NCBI RefSeq assembly: GCF_009834535.1
Contig: NC_045716.1
Coordinates: 22,010,001-22,074,000 of the forward strand
Source of the DNA: Camelus ferus
Taxonomy: Eukaryota
Direction of reading: 5' to 3'
DNA length: 64,000 nt
A program made the position numbers and the translations under genes. Of the stretch, positions 23,668 through 36,600 are shown piece after piece. Below the pieces are notes generated by a model. That model was not told the DNA's origin and made no database searches. It saw only the letters and a list, made by a program, of their open reading frames with translations. Within the stretch, counting starts at the first letter, position 1, and each line of letters starts with the position of its first letter.

Positions 23668-25139
23668 TGTCAATTTCCATCTTCCTTCAGGAAGCCTCCT
23701 GGGTCAACCTAGTAAGCTCCACCCTCTGAACTCTTCTGTCCCTTCGTGACTTTGACACCTGCTTGACATCCAAGAATCAGCACCACTTTTACTTATTATT
23801 ACTTATTATTAATAATAACAGTGACCACTTGTTGTGCATCTATGATGTACCAGGCAGACAGGATTACACAACCTGCCATCACAGTACCCCTACGTGGCTG
23901 GAATTAGTGCCCTCAGAGAGGCCTGCAGAGCATCCACACCACTCAGTGGGTGCATAGTGGCATCGTGCTTCAGGCCCAAGGGTGCAGGACTGGATCCAAA
24001 CCCATACTGCTGCTCCTTAGGTCTCTGCCAGTGCCCTGCCCACAGCGGCAGCTGCCCACCGTTGTTGTTATGGAGAACGATGTTCCCAAGGAGCAGCCCC
24101 AGTTTCAGAATTGATTTGGGGACCAATCATGGGTTGTGATCTGTTTCCTGAGTCCTAAACAACATTATGGCAAAGACATGAATTTCCAGACAAGTGCAAG
24201 ATTTTTCTAAACCTCTAGAAATTTCTAAAGTGCTGTTTGTCTTAGTGTGTGTGTAACTCTGGCATTGCTCCTTGAAGTCCTATGAAACTCATCCTTGAGC
24301 AGAGTCCTCTCTGACACCACCTGCAGTAGAACATGGTGTGGGACGCACAGCATACATGCGGCATGTGACGGAGAGCTGTGGCTGGCCAGGCCTGAGGCCA
24401 TCCATACTCCTCTGGGTTGGGTTTTGTTTTTTTTTTGGTTTAAGCTTGAGAATCAACTGAAAGGAAGCTTCTTTTTGGAAAGGATGTCTCGCATAACTGA
24501 GCAGCCATTTTTGATATTTAATCTCCATGGGCTTCTCCGCCCAGATGCAGAGGATCTGGGAGTTGGGGTGAAGGGTAGATATGTTTCTGATCACCAAATG
24601 GAAATGCAGCTCCTTCTGTTGTTTGGACCTCAATTATCATATTAATGTTACTTCCTTGCTGGTGCTTCAAAGTTACAAAAATGCATCATGGTCAAGGACA
24701 TTTAGTTCCCAGGATAGAAAGAAGCGACTGATGAACATGGTTATAGCTGTGAATATACCTGAGCTGGGGTGAGGGTAGGTGGGGGAGATCTCCACCCATG
24801 ATAGGCTGGCTGCTTCTTTCTTCTCATCCCCCGTTTGTCCATTTATATTCCCATTCTAATTTATATGTGTTCTGGGGAGTTGGTTTTATGAGGGTTTGGG
24901 GAGAGTGAAGGAACCAGCCTCTCCTCATGATAACCAAAGAGTATTATCTCCATCCCAGCGTGGGGTTGCGGCTGGGGGGTGGGGGTGGGGGGAGTTAAAA
25001 GCCTTTCCAGGCTTGCAAACCTGTAAATGGTGGAGCTGGGACATGAACTTAGGTCTGTCTGACTTTGAATCCTGAGCTTTTTCCGTGGTGATGGTCAAAC
25101 TCAAAACCTGTCCTTCAAAAGACTAGCAGAAGAAATATG

Positions 25140-25279
25140 GTGGGTCGGTATAGCTCAAGAGGCAAAGCACAGATTTAGCATGCACAGGGTCCTGGGTTCA
25201 ATCCCCAGTATCTCCTCTAAAAAAAAAATAAATAAGTAAGTAAACTTAATTACCTGCCCCGGCCCCCACCAAAAGACTT
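25140..25279 (+). mobile_element. vic-1-type SINE
   Basis: tRNA-like head. TSD GAAGAAATATG at 25129-25139 and 25280-25290. Confidence 0.88.
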
Positions 25280-25689
25280 GAAGAAATATGAGGGGTTAAT
25301 ACACAGGTCTATTTCCTAAAACCACACTAAAATGACTGTGAATCATTACATAACAATAGTATAACTCCCCTAAGGATGTGAGGTTTAACACATTTTGGAA
25401 GATGGGCAGCAGATGGGGGAGTGGGAACTGTTTTGATAGAGGAAGAAGCTCTAAGGTGGGTGCCTGCTGAGTGGACTCTTGCCAAGGAATTTCAGAAGAG
25501 TAAGGCATCTCTCAAGGCAGGATCTGGTCCAGTGCTAGAAATGGAGATGGGATTAGGAAAGGGGGCCTAGGGCAGTTAGGCCCCCAGGTCTTTCCTGCAT
25601 CCACAGAGGTTAAGCAACTACCCTCCTGCAAAGCCCACCCCGTAGGAATCCCCCTGAGCACATGAACTTCCTAAGAGATCTCATCAGGC

Positions 25690-26620
25690 TCCCTGCTGTA
25701 AATAAACACCATCTATAAGCTGAGGACTCACAGGTTTCCGTCTAAACCTGCATCTGCCCTAATCTTCACGCTCACAACAGATCTATCGCTTACACAACAT
25801 CTCCACCAGGAAGCCTAACTGGCATCTCACGCTCTTGGGATGGCCAAAGTGCACTCTTGACTTCCGCCTGCAAGCTGTTCCTCCCCCCGTGTCTCCCACC
25901 GCAGAAAAATGGCACTACCTAATTGCCAAAAAGAAAGCAAAGCAAAGCAAAGCAAAGCAAAACAGAAGTCATCCTTGACTGTCCTTTCTCTCAGCCGTCA
26001 TCCAACCCTCATCAAATCTTGTCAGGGCTGCCTTCCCATACATCCTGAATTTGACCCCAGCTTACCACCTCCACCTCTACCACTTGGGCTGAGCCACCAT
26101 CACCTCTCACCTGGAACTAGGCAATAGCCTCCCTTCCATTCTCCCAGCTTCCACTCTCACACCTATAATCCTACTGTTTACACAACAGCCAAGAGATCCT
26201 TTTAAATGTTAAATTTTATCTGGGCTCCCATGGCAAAACCTCCAGTGGCTCCCAGTCAAACAATGGGATCCAGGTGCTTACTGAGGTCTTCCATGCCCTT
26301 CCTTATCTGGCCCCTGGCTCCCTCCCCCACCTTATCTCAAATAATTTTTCTCCTTACTCACCATTGTCCAGCCACACTGACGTCCTTGATGCTCTTTGAC
26401 CTCCCCAACTATTTTTGCACGTTGAATGTCAGGCTGGAAAACTTTGCCCCAAGATATACGCTTAGCTCATTCATGTGTTGCCTCCATTGAGAAGTCTTTT
26501 CTGATGACTCTAGTGTGCATGAGCTCACACAAGCAAGGTCATGCGCATACGCTTCTGTTCCTCTTCATCCTTTTATTTTGCCTTATTGTTCCTCATAGCA
26601 TTTGTCACTAACTGACATTT
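25690..26620 (+). mobile_element. L2 LINE fragment with internal (AAAGC)n microsatellite at about 25935-25960
   Basis: L2-like text 'caccatcacctctcacctggaactaggcaatagcctcc...ctcccatggcaaaacctccagtggctccc'. Approximate bounds. Confidence 0.65.
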
Positions 26621-27030
26621 ATGTACATATATATTTATCTATTTAAAATATATTTTATATATTAATGAATTAACTAGATAAATAAATATTTTTTTCTGTT
26701 TATTTAGTATTTCTTCCCAGTAGATTGTAAGCTTTCCTGGGATAAGGACTCTGTTCCCTACTGGGGAGAACAATGCTGAGAATGTAGTAGGATTTGAAAA
26801 AAATAATCTAGCCTCAGGAACACCAAGCAAAATAGATAAAAGGAGCATATGGATAAAACTAATCTGCGTGCTGAGTGGGGAAACCCTTGGCCCCTTCTCT
26901 ACCTGCCTCCTGAAAGCTAGGGTTGCACTCCCAGGAATAAGATTAGAGGACTCTTTTCTGGAAAGAGTCCCAGAGAATGGTCCCAGAGAAAAAGTCAGCA
27001 TTTAGAAAAGATGAGAAAGCCTCTAGATGT

Positions 27031-27168
27031 CCTTTTTTGGGGTGGGGGTGGGGGGAGTAATTAGATTTATTCATTTATTTGTTTTTTAAAGGAGGTACTA
27101 AGGATTGAACCCAGGACTTCGTGTATGTTAAGCATGCACTCTCCCACTGAGTTATATCCTCTGCCCCC
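27031..27168 (-). mobile_element. vic-1-type SINE
   Basis: Reverse-complement head 'ggattgaacccaggacttcgtgtatgttaagcatgcactctcccactgag'. Confidence 0.85.
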
Positions 27169-27769
27169 TCCAGAACTGAAATTTTAAAATTAAAGCAATA
27201 AAGATTTGCATTTTTATCAGAAATTACTTTAGTCTTAGATTTTGCAGTAGCAACAGTAGAAGGTAAGAGACCTGAAGAAAGTAGGTGACTTTGAAATCCT
27301 GAGGGGAAACGTTTTCCAACCTAAAATTCTACCCCAGCCAAACTAGCAGCTGAGGTTGGGTTTAGTTAGGATAAAGAGCACTTCTGTCACTGATGGCACA
27401 GAACATTTCTTTCCCAGGCACTGTTTCTCAGGAAGTTCTTGGAAATATACGCATGAATGAGAAGTAAGCACAGAAAGAATGGGACATGGGATCCAGGAAA
27501 CAGGGCTCTAACACAGGAAAAAGGGGAAGGGAATTCCCAGACGGCTGAGGAAGGGAAGCTCCAAGGTGGCAGCTGTGCTGCCCAACCGAAGACCAACCAA
27601 CCCAGGTTGGAGCAAAGGGGTGAATGTCTCCAAGAAAAAGGGCACTGCCAAGCTCGTTGAGGAGTTTGACTACATTGAGAGGAAGGATTGATCAGCGAGT
27701 TTAGGGATAAATTAGTAATCAGAAAAAGAAAACAAAAATAAAGTAGTCCAGGCAATATTTTAAATTTAA

Positions 27770-28680
27770 ATTCATTTTTGAGTAGGTAGTATCTTCACAT
27801 AGTTGAAAAATCAAAATGATGTAAAAAGCCAAATAACTGACTCCATGTGCCCTGTCTACTCTGACATAGGCAACTATATTTTGTTAGTTTCTTACAGACA
27901 CTTCCAATGATTTTTTTTAAATTGTGGTAAAAAACACATAACAGAATTTACCATCATATTCATTTTTAAGCGTACAGTTCAGTAGTGAAAATTATATTCA
28001 CATCATTATGTTCTAGTGTTTTTTAAATAAGGCATGAGTTCATATGAAAATATGATCTAATTTTTCTTATGTTCTGTATAAATTGTTCTACAGTTTGCTG
28101 TTTTCACTTTCCATTGTTTTCTGGAGATCTTTCCATGGAGAGCCTCCTCATTCTTTTGTCGAGTGGCTTAGTGTTCCATTGTGTGGATGTACAGTAGTTT
28201 ATGGGACCAGCTCTCTATAGAAAGACACTTGGTTTTTTTCCCAACACTTTACTGTTGTAAATGAATGCCACAATGAATAACTGTATACATTCATTGTTTC
28301 AAATGTGTGCAGATATAGCTGCAGGACAAATTTCCCAGAAGTGGGATTGCTGGGTTAAAGGGTAAATGCATTTATAATTTTGCTTGATATCTTCAAATCC
28401 CGCCCCATGTGAGTTGCACTGGTTTGCTGTCCCACTGGCAATAAATGAAAATGCTTGTTCCCTGAAGCCTCATCAACAGACTGTGTTGTAAACTTTTGGA
28501 TTTTTGCCAAGCTGATAAATGAGAAATGCTATCTCAATGTAGTTCTAATTTTCATTTATCTTATGTGTGAGATTGAGCATCTTTTAAAAAATTTAAGAGC
28601 CATTTGCATTTCTTTTCTGTGAAATGTTCATCTTCTTGGGCCATTTCTCTGTTGGGTTGTTGGTCTTTTCAGATAATTAT
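27770..28680 (-). mobile_element. Old L1 ORF2 end and 3'UTR fragments
   Basis: 'cccagaagtgggattgctgggttaaagggtaaatgc...gattgagcatctttt'. Confidence 0.8.
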
Positions 28681-29303
28681 TAACTACAAAGAAAATAAAA
28701 AGTTTTTGAAGAAATAGAATGGATCATAGTCTATTACATGGCTCAGTTGTGAATAATTGTTATAGTTTTATAACCATCTAAATGCTAAGTATCGAATTAA
28801 CTGAAAAGTTGGATTTAACCTTGTTGGGAAGGTAGAAGCAATGTGTGGGTGTTTGTGCACTGAGGGCTGGGACAGGGAGAACTAAATCCTCACCTTCCAA
28901 GAGAGGAAGTCATAGATAAAGCCTAAAATTTAAAGAAAGAAAAGAAAAGAAAGCAAGAACAAACAGCAGTGCCAGCTAAATCAGATTGTTTAGAAATATG
29001 AAGGTAAATATCAGAAGAAGCAAGTAAAAGGTTTGAGGGTGGTTGCTTGGGGGAACGGGATTGGGAGTTGGGGAGGGATGTGGCAGGGGCTACTGTTTGT
29101 CATCAAAGCTATTTAGTCCTAATTGACTTTTTAAACTGTACAATGCATTCCTGTGATAAAACAAAATTAATTACATACAATTAAAAGGAGTGGTGTATAC
29201 ACTACAATATAAAGCGTCCCCTTCCTCAGTAAAGGGATATAATGGAATGTGATACACAGGAATTTTTATGCTAGTTATTGCAGCCAGAAAGGGTCAAAAG
29301 ACT

Positions 29304-29460
29304 GGAGGGAAGGGGGAGGGAATAGCTCAGTGGTAGAGTGAGGGCTTAGCATGCACAAGGTCCTGGGTTCAATCCCTAGTATCTCCATTAAAAAATAAAT
29401 AAACAAACCTAGTTACCTCTCCCCAAAAAACCAAAACAAAAATATTAAAAAAAAAAAAAG
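29304..29460 (+). mobile_element. vic-1-type SINE
   Basis: tRNA-Ala head, A-rich tail, TSD AAAAGACT (29296-29303, 29461-29468). Confidence 0.9.
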
Positions 29461-29488
29461 AAAAGACTAACGACGATCCAACAAGATC

Positions 29489-29593
29489 TTTTTTAAAACT
29501 AATTAATTAATTAAAAATGAAGGTACTGGCGATTGAACCCAGAACCTTGTGCATGCTAAGCACATGCTCTACCACTGAGCTATACCCTCCCCC
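29489..29593 (-). mobile_element. vic-1-type SINE, tail-to-tail with previous copy
   Basis: Reverse-complement head 'gattgaacccagaaccttgtgcatgctaagcacatgctctaccactgagctatac'. Confidence 0.9.
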
Positions 29594-30124
29594 TCCCAAT
29601 AAAGTCTTTTTAAAAATTGAACAAAGGAAAGTCTCTTCCAAAATCATAGGCCAGTAGTGATTCTGATTCTGTCCATGATGGAGTAATGGAGACCATCCTC
29701 TAGCCTCCTGCATTAGACAGCTAAAAAAACCAAAAGACTGTATGAAACCATGACATTCAGATACTAGATAACAGTCCAGGACAGCCAGAGAGAGGAAGCA
29801 AACTAAGTGATCTCTAAGATGTCCCAAGATTACCGCCGAAGAGAATTTCCAGGATAGGGCTTAGAGAGGGACCCCCAGGCAGAGAGTGGAGATCCCCCAG
29901 AGTGCGGACAGGGAGCTAGGAGTCTGGGGAGGCCAAGCTGGGCACTGCAGAGCGCAGGGTATTGAAGAGGAGAGAGCTGCTCAGAGAGAGAATTCTGGAG
30001 ATCTGCAGAGCACCCCCTTCAAGTCTTTAGTTGTGTGCTGAGTAGGGTGTATGTGTAGTGGAAGAATCACAGGAAGGGAGGCAATCCTCAGAGCTCAGAC
30101 AGGGCCAGGAATACTTTGTATTCC

Positions 30125-30738
30125 TGTTACCAAAGCAAACTTGGGTCTGCTTGCCCAAGCGTAGTAAAGCCAATCTATTGATATTGAGTTGTGGTGAAGG
30201 AGGGTGCAGCCTTTATTGCAAGGCACCAAGTAAGGAGTCCAGGCAGCTAGTGCTTAAATGATCTGAACACCCAGATGGCTTTCAGAGAAAGATTTTTAAA
30301 GACATGGTGAGAGAGAAGGGTTGTGGGATGCGTGATCAGCTCGTGGACATTCTTCTGATTGGTTGGTTGTAAGGTAATCTGGAGTCAACATCATTAACCT
30401 CCTGGTTCCAGCTGGTCTGGAGTCTACGTTCTTGTGGTCAGCATACAAGGGATTTTAGTATCTGCAAAACGGCTCAAAGGGTATGGCTCAGAATATTATC
30501 TGTAACCCTTGAGGAGGAACTAAAAGTTTTAAACATTTTTTAATGGCTAAACTATTATAATTTTGTCCTGCTTGCCTGTTTTCCTTTGTTTCTGTATTTC
30601 CTCACCTCTCTGATTAAATGTATTCTTTGGAACTTGGAGAAGGCCTAGGAGGCTAAAGTTTTTCTACAAAGGAGAGGCAGGTGGAGGATATGGGGAGGCC
30701 TGTCCTGGGAAGGCCCCATGGGGTCCTGCTTGGTTACA
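30125..30738 (-). mobile_element. Solo ERV1-type LTR (about 614 bp)
   Basis: TGTTACC...GGTTACA ends, with TTTATT and ATTGG on the plus strand (AATAAA and CCAAT on minus). No clean TSD. Confidence 0.8.
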
Positions 30739-30780
30739 GCCCCCCAGGCAGAGCGGGAAGACCTCCTAACAGTTATTCTA

Positions 30781-31700
30781 TGCTAGTTATTAATTTATTG
30801 CCTCTCAGCTCTAAACTGATCCTTCATTGCCTGCTCTGTGACAATGGAGATGAGCCCTTTAAATATTTTTCATTTTTTAAAGTTCCTTTTTCTTCTAGTT
30901 TTATTGAACTATAATTGACATATAGCACAGTATAAGTTTAAGGTGTACAGCATATTAATCAACTTACATACATCATGAAAAGATGACTACAATAAGTTAA
31001 TGAACATCCATCATCTCATATATTTACAAACTAAAAGAAAAAGATTTTTTTTTTTTGTGATGAGGCCTCTTAAGATTTACTCTCTAACTAAACTTTCATA
31101 TATAACATACAGTGGTGTTAATCATATTAGTCGTGCTGTATATTATATCCCTAGTGCTTTTTTATCCTGTAACCGGCAGTTTGTGACTTTTGCCCACCTT
31201 CATCCAATTCCCCCTTCCCCCATGCCCACCTCTGGTAACCACAGATCTGATCTTTTTTTCAGTAAGTTTGTTTGTTTTTGAAGTCTATTGACCTACAACA
31301 CTATGTTAGTTCCTGGTGCACAACAGTGATTTGATAGGATCACCACTAAATATTTTTCCTTTGCCAGTGGACATGATGTTAAGCTTTGTCAACAGAGGAT
31401 GCTGGAGAGCCATTGCAGGAGGAAGAAGTTTTCCTTCTGCATTCTGGTGTGCTCTCTCCACAGGTTTCCGTAGTACACGCAGCTTCTCAGATGCAGCTGG
31501 GGGGAGGGCTTGTCCTTGGGAGCTCTGTCTCAGCCCCAGAAGTAGTGGTTCTCCTGATATCTGCTCTTCCTACATGCCTCTAGAGCTCTGCTTACTTCTT
31601 ACTAGCCAATCTCTTGTTACGGTTAATAATTATTTACATTAAACCTTCTCTGTTCAAATTACGTGGTTTCTGTGTTTTGAATAAACACTGGCTGATATGT
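30781..31700 (+). mobile_element. ERVL-type LTR (LTR41-like) split by an antisense L1 3' fragment (about 30875-31340)
   Basis: Starts 'tgctagttattaatttattgcctctcagctc' and resumes at about 31345 'tttgccagtggacatgatgttaagctttgtc'. Family name from memory. Confidence 0.6.
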
Positions 31701-33628
31701 GGGCATTACGTAGAGTCCTCAGAAGAGCATTGCCTTAGTGGCCAGACCAAATTAGCCCTAAATGGAAGGCTGTTTTGTTCTTGCCAAATGGCACTTAAAA
31801 GCAAGTAGATCAGTCTGTTTCCAAGTAACTTAATTGTGTCCCTGAACAAGGCTCAAAAATATTCAAAACAATTAAAAAAAAATCCAGTACCAAACAACAT
31901 AAAATTCACAATGTCTGGCATCCAGTGGATGATTACCACACATGCAAAGAAGTGGGGGAATATGACCAAAAATGAGAAGAAAAAACAACCAATCAAAACA
32001 GATCCAGAAATGACACAGATGATAGAATTAGTAGTCAAAGGATTTAAAATAGCTATTATTAAATATATTCCATATGTTCAGGAAGATAAAGAGATGCATG
32101 AACATGGTAAGGATAGATGTGAAAGATATAAGACATCAGTTGAACTTCTAGAGATGAAAATGACAATGTCTGAGTTAAAAGAAGTATACTGAATGGAATC
32201 AAAAGCAGATTAGGCGCTGCAGAAAAAAAGCTTGATGAACTTGAAGACTCAGCAATGTAAAGTAGCCAAAATGAAGCACAGAGAGGAAAGAGACACAAGA
32301 AGAAGGAGGAGGAGAGGAAGCAGTAGTAGTCAGTGAGCTCTAGAATAATATCAAGCAGCGTATATACCGGTCTGGAGAACTAGAAAGCTGGGGAGAGGAA
32401 TGCCAATAATATTTGAAGAAATAATGGCCAAAAGACTGTAATTTTGATGAAAACTAGAAACCCATATATTCAAGAAACTCAACGAACCCTAAGCAGAAGA
32501 AATATAAAGGCACATGATAAGATGCCTTAACCACTGCTGAACACCAGTGATGTAGAGAAAAATCTTAAGAGCAGTCAGAGCAAAAAACACATCCTGTAAA
32601 GAGGAAAAAGAGAAGCAGACTTCTCATCAGAAACAATGCAAGCCTGAAAATAGTAGAGCAATGGCTCTAAAGTACTAAGAGATGAGAGCTGTCAGCCTAG
32701 AATTCAGTAGCGATACCTGTCTAAACTGAAGATGATATAAAGATGCTTTCAGACATTCAAAAGCTGAAAGAATTCATCACCAGCAGACCTGCACTGCAGG
32801 AAAAATTCAAAAGTCCTTCAAGTAGAAGAAAAATGGTACCAGATGGAAATTTCCATCTACACAAAGGAATGAAGAGCATTGGAGATGGTAAATATACAGG
32901 TAGACATAAAAGACTACTTTCTTATTTTAGTATTCTCTTTCATTGATCGTGGAGGGATTAAAACAAAAATAACAATGTGTGTGGGGTTTATGGGATAGGT
33001 AGAAATGCAAGAAAACAGTAGCACGGAGGCTGGGAGGTGGGAACTAAGAGTAAGGTACTTACTATCAGTAAAGTGGGACAAATTACTTGCAGAAGATAGA
33101 CTGTGATAAATTAAAGATGCGTTCTGTAATCCTAGAGGAACCACGAAAAAAAAAAAAACGTTTTAAAGTATAGCTTAATAAGATAATAAAGGAGATAAAA
33201 TGGAGTCACGATCACAGGCATCCACGGGGGCCTGTCAGCTGCTGGCTCCGCAGACTGAGCGCTGGGGTTGGGTCCCTCAGGCCAGAGGGATGCCCCAGAG
33301 CCTCCAGGTGTTTGAGACGGAATAAGTACTGTCAGAAAAGAACTTCCTCTCCTGCCACCTTCTGGCAGTAAATCCAGCCTATTTTTAACTCAAGACCCTG
33401 CTTAAGTGCTTTTGGCTGAAAAGAGAACCAGCCGCTTCTGAGACCCCGGGCGGCCACAATCTCCCTAGCTTCCCCGCTCTCCCCAGCCCCTGGAGGCTCC
33501 CGGGCTGCTCAGATGCTCCCAGCTGCCCAGCCACCTGTCCCAGGACAAGAGGCCCCCTCGCTGTGGGTGCTCCCGGTGGGCGCCCACGGCGCGCCGCCCC
33601 TCAGCCCGGGCGCAGACTTGTGAGGGGA

Positions 33629-33642
33629 CCTCTAGGGGGCGC
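33629..33642 (+). promoter_or_regulatory. Candidate CTCF site in an intergenic CpG-rich patch (about 33450-34050)
   Basis: CCTCTAGGGGGCGC matches CCASYAGRKGGCRS at 13/14. Confidence 0.6.
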
Positions 33643-36600
33643 CATGCACACAGACACAGTGGGAATGGCGCCCTTGGGTTGTCCCGGGAAGGAATGGGAC
33701 CTCAGACTCATGCCCGAGGAGGGTGTGTGCGCGCGCGCACAAAGGCGCACTGTGTGAAAAGGGTGTGCTATGCTGTGAGTGTGAATGTTTTTGTGACTGC
33801 TTATGCTCTGAAACATAAACATAACAGCCTCTGCCCTTTTGGGCAGCCGCCCCCTCTGCCGGGCCGTCTTCCCTCCTCATCCGCCAGCCAACTCCCACAC
33901 GCTAGCTGGCAATCCGCCACCCAGCCCTCAAGCCTCTCATCTCTCCAAAACTTTCCCTGACAGCCCTGCCCACAGGCCCCGCCAAACGGGTCTCTACGCT
34001 CGTTTGTACACCTGGGGCTTAGCCCGGGGCCTGGGGAGCGCTTAGCCCTCAAGAATGCTCCCGAGGCCTGTTGTGAGCCCTTAATAGGGGTCCACTTTTC
34101 CCACTGTCAGACCAGGTCCTGTTGGGCCTGGAAGAGCACCCAAGTGACAGGCCTCAGGACGCAGAGGGGTGCCAGGATCACCCTCCACGTCCAGGTTGGG
34201 TCTGGGGGTGGGGTCTGTGCTTGTGTCCAGGGAGGTGGTTGCCGGGACCTGGCCCCACACAGAGCTGGGCAGGCTCTGTTGGTCTCTCCCCAGGTCCCTT
34301 TCCTAGACTCATGGTCTGGTGTGTGTGTGTGCAAGCCTGTCTGTGGTGTGCAGAGAAGGGTCTCCTCCTAGACCAGCATGTGGCGGGGGTGGGAGAGTTG
34401 CTCAGGCCCCTGGGAGGAATTGCAGTGGGCACCTGAGTCTAACGCAGGTGTGGACTCGTGCTTCGGTATACATACGGACTGGGTGAGAAGCGCCTGCCTT
34501 GCCCTGTGTCTGAGAGTACGTCTGGGCACATCCTGAGGGCCCTCGGGTTGTTTTTGTGTCCTGTGTGGCCGTTGACATGACCTGTACATTCCAGAGGGTG
34601 TGAATGTGGCACTGCTCTCCCCACACCCCACACCCCACACCTGACGCCTTCCCTCTGCTTGACTTTCCTGGACTCCAGACTTTGTCCGGTTGGTTCGGCT
34701 GCTGCCCTTCCTGGCACGAAACAGCTTATTTAGTTGGGACTGTCAGCGTGGTCTGTGTTGGTGACTATCATCTGTGGGATGCCAGCCCTCAAGTCTGTCA
34801 CCCTTTGTGACCTTGGATGCAAGTGTGGCTCCAGTGCCTGTGAGACCCTCCACCTGTGGGTGGGCTCTCGTTTGTATGTGTTAGTGTGACGTTCCTGTGT
34901 TGCCTGATATCTGAGAAGGGAGGGACTGTGGCTTTGAAGTGTGTTGAGCACACACGTCTGAAGGTGTGTGGAAGTGGTGGAGGAGCGTGTGTCAGGGGCC
35001 TGCCCTCGGGGTGGGGGCGGGGCAGGGGTGGCCAGTGGGCCTACGGTGCCTGGGCTGCTCCCCCCGCCCAGGGAGGCCCCTTCTACTTCAGCTGCGTAAA
35101 CAAAGCCCCTGCCTTCCTTTCTGAGGCCCCTTCAGGGTTTTCCTCCCCCCAAGACCCCTCTCCAGGCAGGGAGTTTGATTGACTGTGTGGGGTCGCAAGG
35201 TTGTGAGGTTATATGACTGGGTGTGAACTGAAGTGTACAAAATTGTATGTGAGCGTGAACGTGAGGCTGGAGAATCCCCTGGCCAACACCAGCCTCTCAA
35301 GGGCAGGTTGGAGAACCCCAGGCCACTTGAACTGAGCTCTGTTTAGGTCCCCAGGCCGGTTTGTCCACCCTTCGTAGCCAGCTTGGTGACAGCCCTTAAT
35401 TACCCCCTGGCCAGACTGGTGAAAGCCAAGAGTATGACGCTGACCCCCTGGGGGAGAGGCTGTTCCGCCAACCTCTGTTCAAGCCTGAGGCCAGACCTCC
35501 CAGGGCTCAGATCTCAGGCCAGCATCACTGGGTTCTGCCTGAAGCTGCTCTTCCTGCTCTGGGCCCAGAGTGTTTCTAGCTGGCCTGGCCCCAGCCCATC
35601 TGGGCTATTCCCTGAGTGTCAGCATCACACTTAGTAGTCCAGGGGCTGAGCTACCCAGCCTGTGTGTCCCCACCCCTTCCTGCCTGTGTCCCTCGTGCTG
35701 GCCCTCCCCCTTACCTAGCTCAGGTCCTTCATCCACACTTGTGTGGATCCAAATCCCCATTCATGTCCATACCTCCTGGTCCTAGCTCATGTCTCTCCAT
35801 TCCAATCCCTGTCCCCTCCCAACCTGTGTCACCACCACATCCAGCCCGTGCCCCTGGGTTTGCCAGCTGGGCAGAGCGAGGAGGGCGACGGAGACAGTAT
35901 AAGGCTTTAGGGCTGTGTAGCTCTGAGCTGGACCACTCCCAACCCCATAGCATCTAGAATGAAGGGAGGGAGAGAAGGAGGTAAGGGGGTCAGAGAATTT
36001 CTGAGATGGAGGATGGGCTGGGACATCTCCACTCTGCCCCAGGCTGGAAAATAGGCTGAGCCCAAAGCATCCTCTGATGCAGCCAGCCCCCAATCCCTCA
36101 AGGCCCAGCCCCCAACCCAGGGGACAAGGCTTCATACTCAGCCGGGACTGCGGACAGCCTTCCTCCTCCTCCTTCCCCACAGCAAGGCTAGGACAACCTC
36201 ATATCCAGAAGGGGAGGACGTGGCTGGCTCTGAACCTCACTCCCCCAGCCAGAATCTGAGCTGGATTGTTTGTTGTGGCTGCTGTTTTTGACCCAGGGGA
36301 GGGGCCGTGTGAGAGTCTCTGTCCAGCTATGTCCTGGGGTGTCCTGTGTGGGCCCTCTGGGAATCCCAGCACGTGTGGATATGACCCCTCTTGAAGCCCT
36401 TGTGGAGGTGGCCAGAACGAGACAACAAGGAGGAAGAGAACCCTGCTCGGGGTGGGCATGCTGCCATCCGGAGCTGGCTTTGCCAGTCTGGAGCTGGCAT
36501 TGAACTTCCCTGAACTGAACTTCCTTGGCCTCAGGGCTCTATGCTTTGGGGTGGGGACAGTACACTAGCAGAATATCCCTGCAGGGTGCCATGGGCGGCC

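Larger units (their letters stand above)
29650..33210 (+). mobile_element. Ancient L1M 5' end and degenerate ORF1, interrupted by later insertions
   Basis: L1-like 5' region at 29650-30120, and A-rich ORF1 remnants from about 31710 (ORF track 31836-32192 KQPIKTDPEMTQMIEL; 32743 LKEFITSRPALQE). Confidence 0.75.

Noticed and set aside
21770-24780. Unclassified AT-rich blocks and ORFs 24289-24633 and 24295-24645
   Set aside because: No recognisable motif. Probably old repeats, but I cannot support a family.
27529-27538. Perfect palindromic kB site GGGAATTCCC
   Set aside because: Isolated and among repeats. A single 10-mer is weak evidence.
1538-29593. tRNA-Ala-like sequences as real tRNA genes
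   Set aside because: Broken stems, A-rich tails and TSDs show they are SINEs.
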